Source: an uncultured bacterium
Lineage (GTDB): Bacteria; Desulfobacterota_D; UBA1144; Nemesobacterales; UBA2774
Length of the DNA stretch: 64,000 bases
NCBI GenBank assembly: GCA_963705505.1
Contig: CAVPJU010000006.1
Coordinates: forward strand, 352,001-416,000
Reading direction: 5' to 3'
The position numbers and the translations under genes were made by a program. Positions 27,517-38,237 of this stretch are shown here, in pieces (position 1 is the first letter of the stretch; the number at the start of each line of letters is the position of its first letter). Below the pieces are notes generated by a model, which made no database searches, was not told where the DNA came from, and saw only the letters and a list, made by a program, of their open reading frames with translations.

Positions 27517-30348
27517 TTAATTGATACCTGCTCTTCGGGATTTCTTTCTTCCAAGCACTTCTCTCAGGAACATTCCTGTATAGGAGCCTTCCGTCCCGGA
27601 CACCTCTTCGGGCGTCCCCCGTGCAACTATCCGGCCGCCGTTCTCACCGCCTTCGGGTCCCATATCTATAACATGATCGGCGCACTTTATCACATCGACA
27701 TTATGCTCGATCACTATAACCGTGTTCCCCATATCCGTGAGCCGCTGGAGGACCAGAAGGAGCTTCCTTACGTCGTCGAAATGAAGGCCTATCGTCGGCT
27801 CATCAAGAATATAGATGGTCCTGCCCGTCGAGCGGCGGGCGAGCTCCTTCGAAAGCTTTATCCGCTGCGCTTCGCCGCCCGATAGCGTCGTTGCGGGCTG
27901 CCCGAGTCTGATATATTCGAGTCCCACCTCCTCAAGCACATCGAGCTTCGATTTAATGTGGGGAACGTTTCCGAAAAATTCCGCGGCTTCGCTGACGGTC
28001 ATATCCAGGACCTCGGCGATGTTTTTATCGTTGTATTTGACCTCGAGGGTCTCCGTGTTGTACCTGGCGCCTCCGCACCGCTCGCACGTCACGTATACGT
28101 CGGGCAGGAAATGCATCTCTATCTTCACGACGCCGTGGCCGAGGCAGACGCTGCAGCGTCCCTCCCTGACGTTGAAGCTGAACCTTCCTGGTTTATACCC
28201 CCTCATATTGGCCTGCGGGAGCATCGAGTATAAGTCCCTTATAGGGGAGAAGATACCGGTGTAGGTGGCAGGGTTAGACCTCGGGGTCCTGCCGATAGGC
28301 GTCTGCTCGACATTTATGACCTTGTCTATATCTTCGACTCCCGAAAGCCTCTCGTACTTCCCGACCTTTTCTTTACTCCTATAGAGCTTACGGCCGAGCG
28401 CGTTATAGAGAGTATCGATCACGAGCGTGCTCTTGCCCGAACCCGATACCCCCGTGACACACGTGAAAACTCCCAGCGGGAAGGATACGTCTATATATTT
28501 CAAATTGTGCTCTGATGCTCCCTCTATCGAAATAAAGCCTCTCGGCGTCCTCCGCGCCTCCGGTATGGGAATCTTGACCTTTCCCGATAAATAGTTTCCT
28601 GTGAGGGATTCACGGTGACGAATGAGCTCGTCGATATTGCCTTCCGCCACTATCCGGCCGCCCTTTTCGCCCGCTCCCGGACCTATATCCACAATAAAAT
28701 CCGCGCTCCTTATCGTCTCTTCGTCATGCTCCACCACAATGATGGTATTGCCCCCGTCCCTGAGCGACTTGAGGGTATCTATAAGCCGCCTGTTGTCTCT
28801 CGGATGGAGCCCTATTGTGGGCTCGTCGAGCACGTACGTAATACCGGTGAGCTTCGAGCCGACCTGTGTCGCGAGCCTTATCCTCTGCGCCTCGCCGCCC
28901 GAAAGACTCGGGGCCGAGCGGTCGAGAGTGAGGTAACCGAGACCTACGTCGGATAAGAATTCCAGGCGGGAAATTATCTCCTTGAAAATCCGGTCGCCTA
29001 TCTCCCTCTCCCTCGCAGTCATATTCAGCGCACTGAAGAACGCGAGGCAGTCCTCAGAAGACATCGTGACGATTTCGTATATGGATTTATCGTCGATCAG
29101 TATGGAAAGGGCTTCTTTTCTGAGCCTCGCGCCCCCGCATTCCGGGCACTCGGCCGTGCGCATGAATTGAGAGAGCTTTTCGCGGACGGGCGGGGAATCG
29201 GTCTCTTTATACCATTCCGTGATTATCCCGGCGACGCCGGCATACGTGTCCCTGTATTTGAGGACACGGCCCCTTTTTTCCCTCTTAAACGTGATATCCT
29301 CGTCGCCTGAGCCGTAAATAAGAACCTTTTTTGCTTTTGCGGGGAGCTTCCGGAAAGGGACCGAGAGGTCGATCCCGTAGTACTCCGCAACGCTCTCGGT
29401 TAATTGCCTGAAGTAATTCGAGTTCCTCCAGGGTATTATCGCGCCGTCGTTTATGGACAGCTCTTCGTCAATGAGGAGCTCCGGGTCGCAGAACCAGGTC
29501 TCGCCCATGCCCTGACACGTCGGGCATGAGCCGTACGGGCTGTTGAATGAAAAAAGACGGGGGGAAATTTCAGGGTAACTCATACCGCAATCGGGACATG
29601 CGAATTTGTCGCTCAAACTGAGGACCCGGCCTGAGGCGGTCTCCGCCTTCGCCACTCCTCCCGAACGCTTCAATGCCAATTTCAGCGATTCTTCTATTCT
29701 ATTCCGCGTCTCCCCGGGACGGATTACGATAACGTCCACTAGGAGCTCTATCGTATGCTTTTTCTGTTTATTTAGCTTGATCTCCTCATCGAGGTCGTGG
29801 AGCTTCCCGTCTATCCTGACCCTCAGAAAACCCTCTCTCCTCAGCTCCTCGAGCTCCTTTCTGTACTCCCCCTTCCTCCCCTGCACAATCGGCGAGAAAA
29901 CCGAGACCTTCTCGCCCTCCCCGAGACCGGCAACGCGCTCCGTCATCTTCTCGAGGCTCTGGGCTGCTATCTCTATGCCGCAGTTTGAGCAGTAAGGCTT
30001 CCCCAGCCTTGCGAAGAGGAGCCTCAGAAAATCGTATATCTCCGTTATGGTGCCGACTGTAGAGCGGGGGTTCCTCTGAAAAGTCTTCTGATCGACCGAG
30101 ATCGAGGGGGAAAGCCCTTCTATAGAATCCACGTCGGGCTTACCGATCTGCTCGACGAATTGCCTCGCATAGGCGGAGAGGGATTCCATATACCTCCGCT
30201 GCCCCTCCGCAAAGAGCGTATCGAAGGCGAGGGAAGATTTCCCCGAGCCGCTGATCCCGGTTATCACCACCAGCTTTCTCCGGGGCAGCTTGAGGGAAAC
30301 GTCCTTTAAATTATGCTCTCTCGCGCCTGTGATTTTTATGAAATCCAA
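27517..30348 (-). CDS. uvrA: Excinuclease ABC subunit A
   Basis: GAREHNLK, GISGSGKSSLAFDT, two LSGGEAQRI motifs and zinc fingers; TTG start. Confidence 0.96.
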   Translation of the reverse strand: MDFIKITGAREHNLKDVSLKLPRRKLVVITGISGSGKSSLAFDTLFAEGQRRYMESLSAYARQFVEQIGKPDVDSIEGLSPSISVDQKTFQRNPRSTVGTITEIYDFLRLLFARLGKPYCSNCGIEIAAQSLEKMTERVAGLGEGEKVSVFSPIVQGRKGEYRKELEELRREGFLRVRIDGKLHDLDEEIKLNKQKKHTIELLVDVIVIRPGETRNRIEESLKLALKRSGGVAKAETASGRVLSLSDKFACPDCGMSYPEISPRLFSFNSPYGSCPTCQGMGETWFCDPELLIDEELSINDGAIIPWRNSNYFRQLTESVAEYYGIDLSVPFRKLPAKAKKVLIYGSGDEDITFKREKRGRVLKYRDTYAGVAGIITEWYKETDSPPVREKLSQFMRTAECPECGGARLRKEALSILIDDKSIYEIVTMSSEDCLAFFSALNMTAREREIGDRIFKEIISRLEFLSDVGLGYLTLDRSAPSLSGGEAQRIRLATQVGSKLTGITYVLDEPTIGLHPRDNRRLIDTLKSLRDGGNTIIVVEHDEETIRSADFIVDIGPGAGEKGGRIVAEGNIDELIRHRESLTGNYLSGKVKIPIPEARRTPRGFISIEGASEHNLKYIDVSFPLGVFTCVTGVSGSGKSTLVIDTLYNALGRKLYRSKEKVGKYERLSGVEDIDKVINVEQTPIGRTPRSNPATYTGIFSPIRDLYSMLPQANMRGYKPGRFSFNVREGRCSVCLGHGVVKIEMHFLPDVYVTCERCGGARYNTETLEVKYNDKNIAEVLDMTVSEAAEFFGNVPHIKSKLDVLEEVGLEYIRLGQPATTLSGGEAQRIKLSKELARRSTGRTIYILDEPTIGLHFDDVRKLLLVLQRLTDMGNTVIVIEHNVDVIKCADHVIDMGPEGGENGGRIVARGTPEEVSGTEGSYTGMFLREVLGRKKSRRAGIN

Positions 30349-30459
30349 AGTCGTTTAAGTTTACCAGTAATTTGGAAATACGGGACAAGGTTTCGAGCCG
30401 GCCATCAAGCACAGCCCGACAAAATTAGTGCATAACCCGTACCGGATCCCCCGTTTTTG

Positions 30460-31536
30460 CTATACAAACGATTTTATTTCCCCGACCTTTTTCTTGTCGA
30501 GCTTCTGAACGACACCCATAAGGAGCTTTACCGTGTTGTCGAAGTCGTTCCTGTGAATTATCGCGTTATGGCTGTGTATGTGGCGGGTGGGGACGCCCAG
30601 CACGACCGTAGGGACACCGTGCTTATGGAGGTGGATAACGGAGCCGTCGGTCGCCCCCCCTTCCATCGTCGTGAACTGTAACGGTATCTTTAATTTTTTC
30701 GCCGTATCCACGATGAGGTCCCGCAGCTTGAGGTTGGGTATCATGCGAGCATCGTAGAGGAGGAGGGAAGGCCCCCCGTTGAGCTTCGTCGAGGACTCGT
30801 CGGGCTTGATTCCGGGTACGTCGCCGGCAATGTCCGACTCCAGTATTATCGCTATATCGGGACCGACCATTTCGACGCTCGTGCTCGCGCCCCTGACTCC
30901 GACCTCTTCCTGAACCGTGGCCACGCCGTATAATGTGTTGGGATGCTTGTCCGGGGAGAGGGACTGAAGAGCGGAGATAACCACGCCGCATCCTACCCGG
31001 TCATCGAACGCCTTAGACATATAGGTTTTCGGGTTAGCCAGAATTGAAAACTCGCTCACGGGGACGATCGGATCGCCCACGCGCACGCCTGCTTTTTCGA
31101 CCTCCTTTTCCGAAGTCGAGCCTATGTCGATGTACATATTTTTTCTCTGAAGGAGCTTCGTACGCTCGTCCTGAGAGAGGAGGTGGGGAGGCTTTGCCCC
31201 TATGACCCCGATCACATCTCCTTTATTCGTTTTGATAATCACGCGCTGACCGAGAAGAACGTGGTCCCACCACCCTCCGAGGGTGGTAAATCTTATAAAA
31301 CCGTCGGACGATATGTGCTTTACCATGAACCCGATCTCGTCCATGTGGCCCGCGAGCATCACTTTGGGCTCCGCCGAGCTTCCGGGCTTCCTGCAAATCA
31401 GGCTGCCCATGTTGTCCTTGCTTATCCCGCCGAGGGGCTTCATGTATTTCCTTATAACTTCACGTATATCCGTTTCATAACCCGGAACGCCGTGGGACTC
31501 TGTCAATTCCTTGAGAAGAATTTCGGTCTTGTCCAT
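30460..31536 (-). CDS. M42 family aminopeptidase
   Basis: AGHMDEIG, KAFDDRVG, QEEVG and RHIHSH. Confidence 0.9.
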   Translation of the reverse strand: MDKTEILLKELTESHGVPGYETDIREVIRKYMKPLGGISKDNMGSLICRKPGSSAEPKVMLAGHMDEIGFMVKHISSDGFIRFTTLGGWWDHVLLGQRVIIKTNKGDVIGVIGAKPPHLLSQDERTKLLQRKNMYIDIGSTSEKEVEKAGVRVGDPIVPVSEFSILANPKTYMSKAFDDRVGCGVVISALQSLSPDKHPNTLYGVATVQEEVGVRGASTSVEMVGPDIAIILESDIAGDVPGIKPDESSTKLNGGPSLLLYDARMIPNLKLRDLIVDTAKKLKIPLQFTTMEGGATDGSVIHLHKHGVPTVVLGVPTRHIHSHNAIIHRNDFDNTVKLLMGVVQKLDKKKVGEIKSFV

Positions 31537-31683
31537 TGAGGTAACTCCCTTGAGAATTTTTTCTATCTGAATAGTTTAATGATTTCGGGACAGATTTTAA
31601 GAATTATCACCTTTCTAATTATCCAATGTCAACAAGACCCCCTTTCACGCTTGCAAATCAACCTTTTGAAAGTACACTAGATT

Positions 31684-32661
31684 TTGAGCTTCATGATAGA
31701 GTACGATCAGGGGATTCATCTCAGGGGCACAGACCTGTGGTTCGATTCCAGAAAGAAGGCGAAATTCTCTTTCATATCGAACGCTAATACAGGGAGGTTC
31801 GTCCCGCCCGAAAAAGTAATCGCCACACCCGAGACAATCAGGCTAATTGAAAAAAGAATAAAAAAATCTGTCACCCTCGCCTGCCCGTACAACAGACCCT
31901 TCACGCTCGGCAACGTACAAGTGGAGCTTATACCTTCGGGATACATGCTCGGCTCGGCTCAGATAGAGGTAAAAAAGGCCGGCAAGACCATCATTTACAC
32001 GGGGGATATAAATCTGAGGGAATCTCTCACATCAGAGCCGGCAAGGGTAAAAAGGTGTCAGATACTAGTCCTAAAGTGCACCTATGGTTCCCCGAAATAC
32101 GTATTTCCGTCCGCCGACAAAGTAATGGAATCACTTACGGAATTCATCGACGACTCGTTCTCGTCGGGCGCGGTCCCCGTCCTGCTCGCGGAAGCCGTAG
32201 GCAAAGCGCAGGAAACTATCAAGAGGCTGTCGGAGGCCGGGTACAAGTTCGGTGTCCACAAGTCCATACACAAAGCTCTTAAGATATACGAAGAGTTCGG
32301 GATACAATTCCCTAATTACGAGGTGTTCAAACCGAAGAAGACCGAAGGCAGGGTCCTCGTATTTCCTCCGCTCAAGGGGGAGTCCAAAGATATCGACAAG
32401 ATCCGGGATAAAAGGGTCGGTATAGTGATAGAATCAGCGCCTGATGAACTTGCTTACATAAAGCAGGTGTTTAACGCGGACGAGGTCTTCCCGCTCAGCA
32501 GTCACGCGGACTTCGACGAGCTCCTTCAGTTCGTCGAATTCGTGAGACCGGAAAAGGTCTATCTCATACACGGGCATCCGACCGAGTTCGCGCGCGCGCT
32601 GCAAAAAAGGGGCTTCGAAGCGGTCCCGCTCGAGAAACCCGCACAGCTAAAGCTTCTATAG
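31684..32661 (+). CDS. MBL-fold beta-CASP nuclease homologue with degenerate metal motifs
   Basis: Retains IATPET, LGSAQ, YTGD, TYG.P.YVFP, LSSHADF and HGH. HxHxDH is replaced by SNANTG. Confidence 0.7.
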   Translation: MSFMIEYDQGIHLRGTDLWFDSRKKAKFSFISNANTGRFVPPEKVIATPETIRLIEKRIKKSVTLACPYNRPFTLGNVQVELIPSGYMLGSAQIEVKKAGKTIIYTGDINLRESLTSEPARVKRCQILVLKCTYGSPKYVFPSADKVMESLTEFIDDSFSSGAVPVLLAEAVGKAQETIKRLSEAGYKFGVHKSIHKALKIYEEFGIQFPNYEVFKPKKTEGRVLVFPPLKGESKDIDKIRDKRVGIVIESAPDELAYIKQVFNADEVFPLSSHADFDELLQFVEFVRPEKVYLIHGHPTEFARALQKRGFEAVPLEKPAQLKLL

Positions 32662-32671
32662 GAGGACCGAT

Positions 32672-33091
32672 ATGGCTGTAATCACGAAGAGCATAAGACT
32701 CCGCACGCAGGGGGAAACAGACCTCATAGACATAACGGCGGAGGTGGAGGAGAAAGTCAGGGAGTCCGAAATATCCTCCGGCATAGTAACGGTTTTTATA
32801 CCGGGCTCGACGGCCGGGGTTACCACCATAGAATTCGAAGGCGGAGCCATAAGGGACTTCAGGGAGGCAATCGACAGGATAGCGCCCAGGAACATACACT
32901 ATCACCACGACGCGAGGTGGGGGGACGGGAACGGCTATTCCCACGTCAGGGCGGCGCTTCAGGGGGCCTCTCTCACGGTGCCCTTTTCATCCTCCGAGCT
33001 CCTCCTCGGGACGTGGCAGCAGATAATCGTGGTCGACTTCGACAACAGGCCGCGCACGAGGGACGTGATACTCCAAATCATCGGGGAATAG
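32672..33091 (+). CDS. yjbQ: YjbQ/UPF0047 family protein
   Basis: GSTAGVTTIE, NGYSHVRAAL and LLGTWQQI. Confidence 0.9.
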   Translation: MAVITKSIRLRTQGETDLIDITAEVEEKVRESEISSGIVTVFIPGSTAGVTTIEFEGGAIRDFREAIDRIAPRNIHYHHDARWGDGNGYSHVRAALQGASLTVPFSSSELLLGTWQQIIVVDFDNRPRTRDVILQIIGE

Positions 33092-33113
33092 AGACGACCC
33101 GAAGGGCCGTCTC
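33091..33113. terminator. Hairpin between convergent yjbQ and npdG
   Basis: GAGACG-ACCCGAAGGGC-CGTCTC. Confidence 0.45.
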
Positions 33114-33121
33114 TTCGGGAC

Positions 33122-33781
33122 TTACACGAACTTTACAGAAAAATGCTGAGGCTTATACCTCACATTGAGATTGACGATCAGCGGGGTCATCGATTCTATC
33201 ATCGCGGACGCCTCCAGGGCGCCTGCATCCAGAACACGCAGGTTGGGCATATCCTCGGTGAGCTTCTTTACCACTTCCTTTGCGCCGTCGTCATCCCCGC
33301 ATATAACCACATCGTAATCGAGATGCTTGTCTATTTCGCTGAGCTCCTTCGCCGGGAGGTTATGAAAAGCGGATACGAGCCTCGCCGTTTCGGGCAGCGC
33401 CTGCTTTATCTCCAGAGCCGAAGAGCCCTGCTGCGGGGGGTTATATAAAAATGTCTTCCCCTCCCTTTTCATCGAGACGACGGGCGTAACGACGATCTGA
33501 TTTGTAAAGCTGTCCCGAATCTGGCTGACTGTCGACGCCGCGTGCTCGGGAGGGATGCTTATTATTATGACTTCCGCCTGTTTCGCCGCCTCCGCATTGG
33601 GCATGCCGTGAATCCTGGGCTCGACGCCCAGAGCCTTTAGCTTCTCTATATATTCGGCGGCGATACCCTTGGCCTTCTCATCGCTCCTCGACCCGATATA
33701 GATCTCGTGCCCGGCTTTTGACCACCTGAGCACGAGCCCTTCGGCAATGTCGCCCGTTCCGCCTAAAAGCGCTATTTTCAT
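33122..33781 (-). CDS. npdG: NADPH-dependent F420 reductase (F420H2:NADP+ oxidoreductase)
   Basis: MKIALLGGTGDIAEGL..W...G..IYIGSRS, GSSALE, VSAFHNL, DVVICGDD and IESMTPLIVNLN. Confidence 0.85.
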   Translation of the reverse strand: MKIALLGGTGDIAEGLVLRWSKAGHEIYIGSRSDEKAKGIAAEYIEKLKALGVEPRIHGMPNAEAAKQAEVIIISIPPEHAASTVSQIRDSFTNQIVVTPVVSMKREGKTFLYNPPQQGSSALEIKQALPETARLVSAFHNLPAKELSEIDKHLDYDVVICGDDDGAKEVVKKLTEDMPNLRVLDAGALEASAMIESMTPLIVNLNVRYKPQHFSVKFV

Positions 33782-33939
33782 TTCTTCTGTCCCCCTTTTA
33801 AAAAGCTGCATTTATTTTAACAAAATAGCTATTCTAGTAAAGGGAGCGGAACATCGGCAGCCGCCTAACGGAAGCACGCAAACGACCGACTTTAGATAAT
33901 GCCGGAGCTATGGGGAGTAACTATAGCTTTATGAATTGA

Positions 33940-34482
33940 TCAAAACTTCTTTTTGAAATAAAGGAAAAAGGAAAAGCTATTAGGGTTGAAAAAGTGATCT
34001 TCGGTAACTAAATCGCTGTCCGGGACAGCTACAAAAGGCACTAGCCCCCCGTAAAATATGGTATTCCTGGATTGAAACTGGTCGTAATTCACCTTGTCTT
34101 CTTCGACAAATTGTATCTGAGGATTAGGTAAGAGCGGAGTATCTCCTGATGAACGCGCCGCATCATCGGTTTGAATGTCTAATGTGCCCGGCTTGTCAAT
34201 GACTGCTAATTGCACTGCATTATCAGGCTTACATACGTTGAGCACGGCGTCATAAGAAACGAAATCGGGTTTATCCGGAGAAGAGTCCAACTGCTCTTTT
34301 TCGAGCAAAGTCCCCCTTATCGAGCTATTGTCTATGAAAGTGTAATTGTAGCAGGACTGCTCGGTTCTATGCCTGTAGGCATTTTCCACGCTGTAATCGA
34401 CACTTTCGGATTTAACAACAGACCCGAAAAATACCAGTAATGTTATTAATGAAATTGACATCCTCACCCTAACATACCTCAA
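33940..34482 (-). CDS. Exported hypothetical protein
   Basis: Hydrophobic N-terminus and aromatic C-terminus (FFLYFKKKF); no recognisable family. Confidence 0.5.
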   Translation of the reverse strand: MRYVRVRMSISLITLLVFFGSVVKSESVDYSVENAYRHRTEQSCYNYTFIDNSSIRGTLLEKEQLDSSPDKPDFVSYDAVLNVCKPDNAVQLAVIDKPGTLDIQTDDAARSSGDTPLLPNPQIQFVEEDKVNYDQFQSRNTIFYGGLVPFVAVPDSDLVTEDHFFNPNSFSFFLYFKKKF

Positions 34483-34604
34483 CCACTGACGATTTTGGTT
34501 AAGATGGACCTGTTAATTCTATAGCCCCTCATGTTTTTAATATAAATATAGACGGGCATATTTTCAATAGATGAATTTAAGCGGTATATGGATTCATGAA
34601 AATG

Positions 34605-35384
34605 CTAAGGCTCTACGGATATTAAGAAACCCCTCAGGATTCTATTGAATTCTTCGGGCTTTTCCTGCATCATGAAATGGCCCGCATCGTGAATCAGATG
34701 GTAGAACGAATCCCTGATGCTGTTTTTGAGATGCTCCCCGTATTTAGGGGGAGTCAGAATATCAAATTCGCCCGATATAATGCATGCGGGAGTTTTTATT
34801 TCATGAACCCTTTCCATGATATCGAATTCGTCGCATGCGACGAGGTCCCAATAGCAGACATCAGGGGATGTGTTTAGCAGGCCCTCTCTGAATTCCTTCC
34901 TGATCTCTTCGGGCGAGTCAGGCGCGATCATCCTTGCAGGCGCAGCGTCGCAGAATGCCTGATAGTTATTTTTTACTGCATTGAGAGTTTCACCCGCGAC
35001 GCGGAGCCTCGCTCCGGCCCCGGCCAGAACACAGGCTCTCACTTTCTCCGGATGGTCGAGAGCAAATACCATTGCGACCCCGCCGCCCATCGAATGACCG
35101 ACAAGAATAAGGTCGTTAAAGCAGAGAGCGTCGGCGAACTCTTCAATAAACCCCTTATAGCCGGCTATATCTTTAAAGCCGCTACCCTCAGACATACCGT
35201 GACCGGGGAGGTCCGGCACTATAAAATTGTATGCGGGGTGGTTTTTGAAAGCCTCCAGCTGATACCTCCATGTAGCGGTTCTCTGACCGGCGCCGTGTAT
35301 CATCAGGACCGTGGGACGGGCAGGGTCCGTGAGACCGCCTTCCAAGTAATGTATCCTTTCTCCGCCGATTATAATTTCTGACAT
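34605..35384 (-). CDS. Alpha/beta fold hydrolase
   Basis: IHGAG, DLPGHG, GHSMGG nucleophile elbow and AGH. Confidence 0.9.
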   Translation of the reverse strand: MSEIIIGGERIHYLEGGLTDPARPTVLMIHGAGQRTATWRYQLEAFKNHPAYNFIVPDLPGHGMSEGSGFKDIAGYKGFIEEFADALCFNDLILVGHSMGGGVAMVFALDHPEKVRACVLAGAGARLRVAGETLNAVKNNYQAFCDAAPARMIAPDSPEEIRKEFREGLLNTSPDVCYWDLVACDEFDIMERVHEIKTPACIISGEFDILTPPKYGEHLKNSIRDSFYHLIHDAGHFMMQEKPEEFNRILRGFLISVEP

Positions 35385-35414
35385 GGTCGCCTACAGGGAA
35401 TAGTTTCGGAGAGC

Positions 35415-35699
35415 CTAATCTTTGCCGTATTTTGAAATGAGCTGATTATAATCTTCCTCATCGATACCGGCTATTTTAATCGTTTTAATCTTCGAGGTTT
35501 TTCCTCTTATTATTTCGACGCTCGATTTCGACACGCCTAAGGCTTTTGCCAGGACCTCCGTCAGGCGTTCATTCGCTTTGCCGTCAACGGGCGGAGCCGA
35601 AATCCTGATTTTCAGCCTGCCGTCATGGATGCCCGCTATCTCATCGCTCGCTGACTTCGGCTGGATCTGAACTGTAATTGTTATCGAGGATTTTTTCAT
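35415..35699 (-). CDS. DUF167/YggU family protein
   Basis: VQIQPKS, APPVDGKAN and GKTSKIK. Confidence 0.9.
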   Translation of the reverse strand: MKKSSITITVQIQPKSASDEIAGIHDGRLKIRISAPPVDGKANERLTEVLAKALGVSKSSVEIIRGKTSKIKTIKIAGIDEEDYNQLISKYGKD

Positions 35700-35707
35700 C
35701 GGGTAGG

Positions 35708-36016
35708 CTACGGCAAGCCCGCTTTTAATCTATATCCGTAATCGATGATGGACTGAACTAAAACCTGGTCTATAAAGAAGAGCGCGATCATTACAATAAT
35801 CGGAGAAAAATCTATCCCGCCGAATATAGGCAGAACCCTTCTCACGTACCTTAAAACGGGCTCGGTCGCCATGTATAAAAACCGGACTATAGGATTATAG
35901 GGGTCCGGGTTTACCCATGAAATCACGGCTCTCGCCACAACTATAAAGAGATAAATGTTTATTATGTAATGAAGGGTTTGCCCGACTCCGATTACCAGGT
36001 TCGCAATTATAAACAC
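35708..36016 (-). CDS. YggT family membrane protein
   Basis: ISWVNPDPYNPIVRFL..TEP and IDFSPI. Confidence 0.9.
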   Translation of the reverse strand: MFIIANLVIGVGQTLHYIINIYLFIVVARAVISWVNPDPYNPIVRFLYMATEPVLRYVRRVLPIFGGIDFSPIIVMIALFFIDQVLVQSIIDYGYRLKAGLP

Positions 36017-36831
36017 TACTTATCCTCCTTGGACAGCTGTCTCGAACGATGAGTGGCCGCCTCTACCGCCGAAATAACGCTCGCCCTGAACCCGCCGGCC
36101 TCGAGCTTATGTATGCCCTCTATTGTCGTGCCTCCCGGAGAGGAGACCTTATCCTTAAGCACTGCCGGATGAGACATATCTTCGATTATCATTTTCGCCG
36201 TCCCGAATACGGTCTGGACCGCGAGTCTCAGCGCGGCTTCCCTGGGGAGCCCCATTTTGACCCCTCCGTCGGACAGAGCCTCTATAAACATGGATACGAA
36301 GGCGGGCCCGCTCCCGCTGAGTCCCGTAACGCTATCGAGCAGGCGCTCATCGTCGACGACATATGCGATACCGACCGCTTCGAAAATCTTTCTAACATTT
36401 TCCCGCTCTTCTTCATTCAGGTTGGGATTACAGTATAGAGCAGACGCTCCGGCAAGGACAAGGGCCGGGGTGTTCGGCATTACGCGGACTATCTTGGCCT
36501 TCTTTTTAAGAACGCCTGAAATCAAAGAAGTCGGAATCCCCGCTGCAATGGAAATCAGTATTTTCTTCGCCGTAATTTGAGTCCTGATCTCGCTCACTAC
36601 CTTCCGGACGGTGTTCGGCTTTACGGACAGGACCACGATATCGGACTTCCCGGCGGCCTCCTTATTGTCGCCGGTCGTCGCGACCCCGTACGCGGATTTC
36701 AGATGGTCGAGTCTTTTCCCGGCCGTATCGCTTACGAGAATCTCGTTCTTTTTATATACCCCGGACGAAATAAGGCCCCTGATAAGAGCCTCCGCCATAT
36801 TCCCGCCGCCTATGAACCCTACTTTTGCCAT
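36016..36831 (-). CDS. proC: Pyrroline-5-carboxylate reductase
   Basis: GFIGGGNMA, RVMPNTP, GLSGSGPA and SPGGTT. Confidence 0.95.
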   Translation of the reverse strand: MAKVGFIGGGNMAEALIRGLISSGVYKKNEILVSDTAGKRLDHLKSAYGVATTGDNKEAAGKSDIVVLSVKPNTVRKVVSEIRTQITAKKILISIAAGIPTSLISGVLKKKAKIVRVMPNTPALVLAGASALYCNPNLNEEERENVRKIFEAVGIAYVVDDERLLDSVTGLSGSGPAFVSMFIEALSDGGVKMGLPREAALRLAVQTVFGTAKMIIEDMSHPAVLKDKVSSPGGTTIEGIHKLEAGGFRASVISAVEAATHRSRQLSKEDK

Positions 36832-36857
36832 TATCGTTTTCCGACTCTTGAGGATTA

Positions 36858-37547
36858 TTATTGCCTAGGCCCGAAAATAGCGGTTCCTATCCTTACTATC
36901 GTCGCGCCTTCTTCTATTGCAACCTCGAAATCGCCGCTCATGCCCATCGAAAGCTCTCTCAGTCCCGGATATTTGACGCTGAGCTTATCGCGCAAATCCC
37001 TTAGAGCCGTGAAAAAAGGCCTGGCGCTCTCCGGGTCATCGAAATAAGGGGGCATTGTCATAAGACCGCGGACCTCAACGGACGGGAATTCCTGAAGACT
37101 TGCCAGGAACCCCTCCAGATCCTCTTTTCCAACCCCGCCCTTGGTTTCCTCCTCACCCGTATCCACCTCGATAAGCACCTTTGCTTTTATGCCCAGGCCC
37201 GCCGCCTTTTTTTCGATCTCCCGTGCGACTGTAACAGAGTCGAGGGAATGTATAAGCTCCACGTCGCCTATCAGGTATTTAACCTTGTTCCGCTGTAACC
37301 GGCCTATAAAGTGCCACTCCACATTTTCGCTTACGGTGCTATCGATTATTTCCTTTTTAAGCCTGAATTCCTGGGCGTAATTCTCGCCGAATGTATGTAT
37401 GCCCGCGCTTACCGCCTCTATTATGCGCCGGGGCTCAACCCCTTTCGTCACGGCGACAAGCTTTACATCGTTTGCATGCCTGCCAGCCCTCTTTGCCGCA
37501 TTCTCTATCCTTTCCTTTACGGACTTTAAATTATCTGGTAAATCCAT
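36858..37547 (-). CDS. yggS: PLP homeostasis protein YggS/PROSC
   Basis: LVAVTK, FGENYAQE, WHFIGRLQRNK, LSMGMSGD and RIGTAIFG. Confidence 0.93.
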   Translation of the reverse strand: MDLPDNLKSVKERIENAAKRAGRHANDVKLVAVTKGVEPRRIIEAVSAGIHTFGENYAQEFRLKKEIIDSTVSENVEWHFIGRLQRNKVKYLIGDVELIHSLDSVTVAREIEKKAAGLGIKAKVLIEVDTGEEETKGGVGKEDLEGFLASLQEFPSVEVRGLMTMPPYFDDPESARPFFTALRDLRDKLSVKYPGLRELSMGMSGDFEVAIEEGATIVRIGTAIFGPRQ

Positions 37548-38145
37548 CCTTTCCGAAAAATTCCGCGATCCCTAGTTTTCTCAAGGCTTCGAGAAGCTCC
37601 GCGACGGGAAGTCCGACTACATTCGAGTACGAGCCTTCGATCCCCGTGACCATGAACGAGCCTATCCCCTGTATCCCGTAAGCTCCGGCTTTATCCATGG
37701 GCTCTCCGGTCTTAATGTAACCTTCTATTTCGGAAGCCGCAAGGGGTTTCACACGGACCTTCGTATCCACGATCTCCCTGTGAAGGAGCTCGTTTTTCGG
37801 CCTTACGATGGAAAAAGCCGTGTACACATGATGCTCTTTTCCCGAAAGCTTGCCGAGCATTGCGGCGGCCTCTTCAGCATCGGAGGGCTTGCCGAGAATC
37901 TCTCCGTCCACAACGACGATCGTATCGGCCCCTATGACGATTCCGCCGTTTTCGAGACTCATGGAAACGGACGAGGCTTTTTCCGCCGAAATTCTGAGAG
38001 CGAACTCCAGAGGAGATTCATTGTCCACGGGAGTTTCGTCCGAACGGGGATGTATTACTTCGAACTCGATCCCGAGTGTGGCCAAAAGCTCCTTCCGCCT
38101 CGGGGACGAAGATGCGAGCACTATTTTATAACTCATATTTTCCAA
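37531..38145 (-). CDS. maf: Maf family nucleoside triphosphate pyrophosphatase
   Basis: LASSSPRR, GADTIV, DKAGAYGIQG and NVVGLP. Confidence 0.93.
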   Translation of the reverse strand: MENMSYKIVLASSSPRRKELLATLGIEFEVIHPRSDETPVDNESPLEFALRISAEKASSVSMSLENGGIVIGADTIVVVDGEILGKPSDAEEAAAMLGKLSGKEHHVYTAFSIVRPKNELLHREIVDTKVRVKPLAASEIEGYIKTGEPMDKAGAYGIQGIGSFMVTGIEGSYSNVVGLPVAELLEALRKLGIAEFFGKDGFTR

Positions 38146-38237
38146 TTACCCGGGCGAATCGGAAACTCGCGAAACCAAGAACATCTCGGGTCCTTCAAAA
38201 ACGACCGGTTCCCGGTACACGGCGGCTTAACCGGTAA

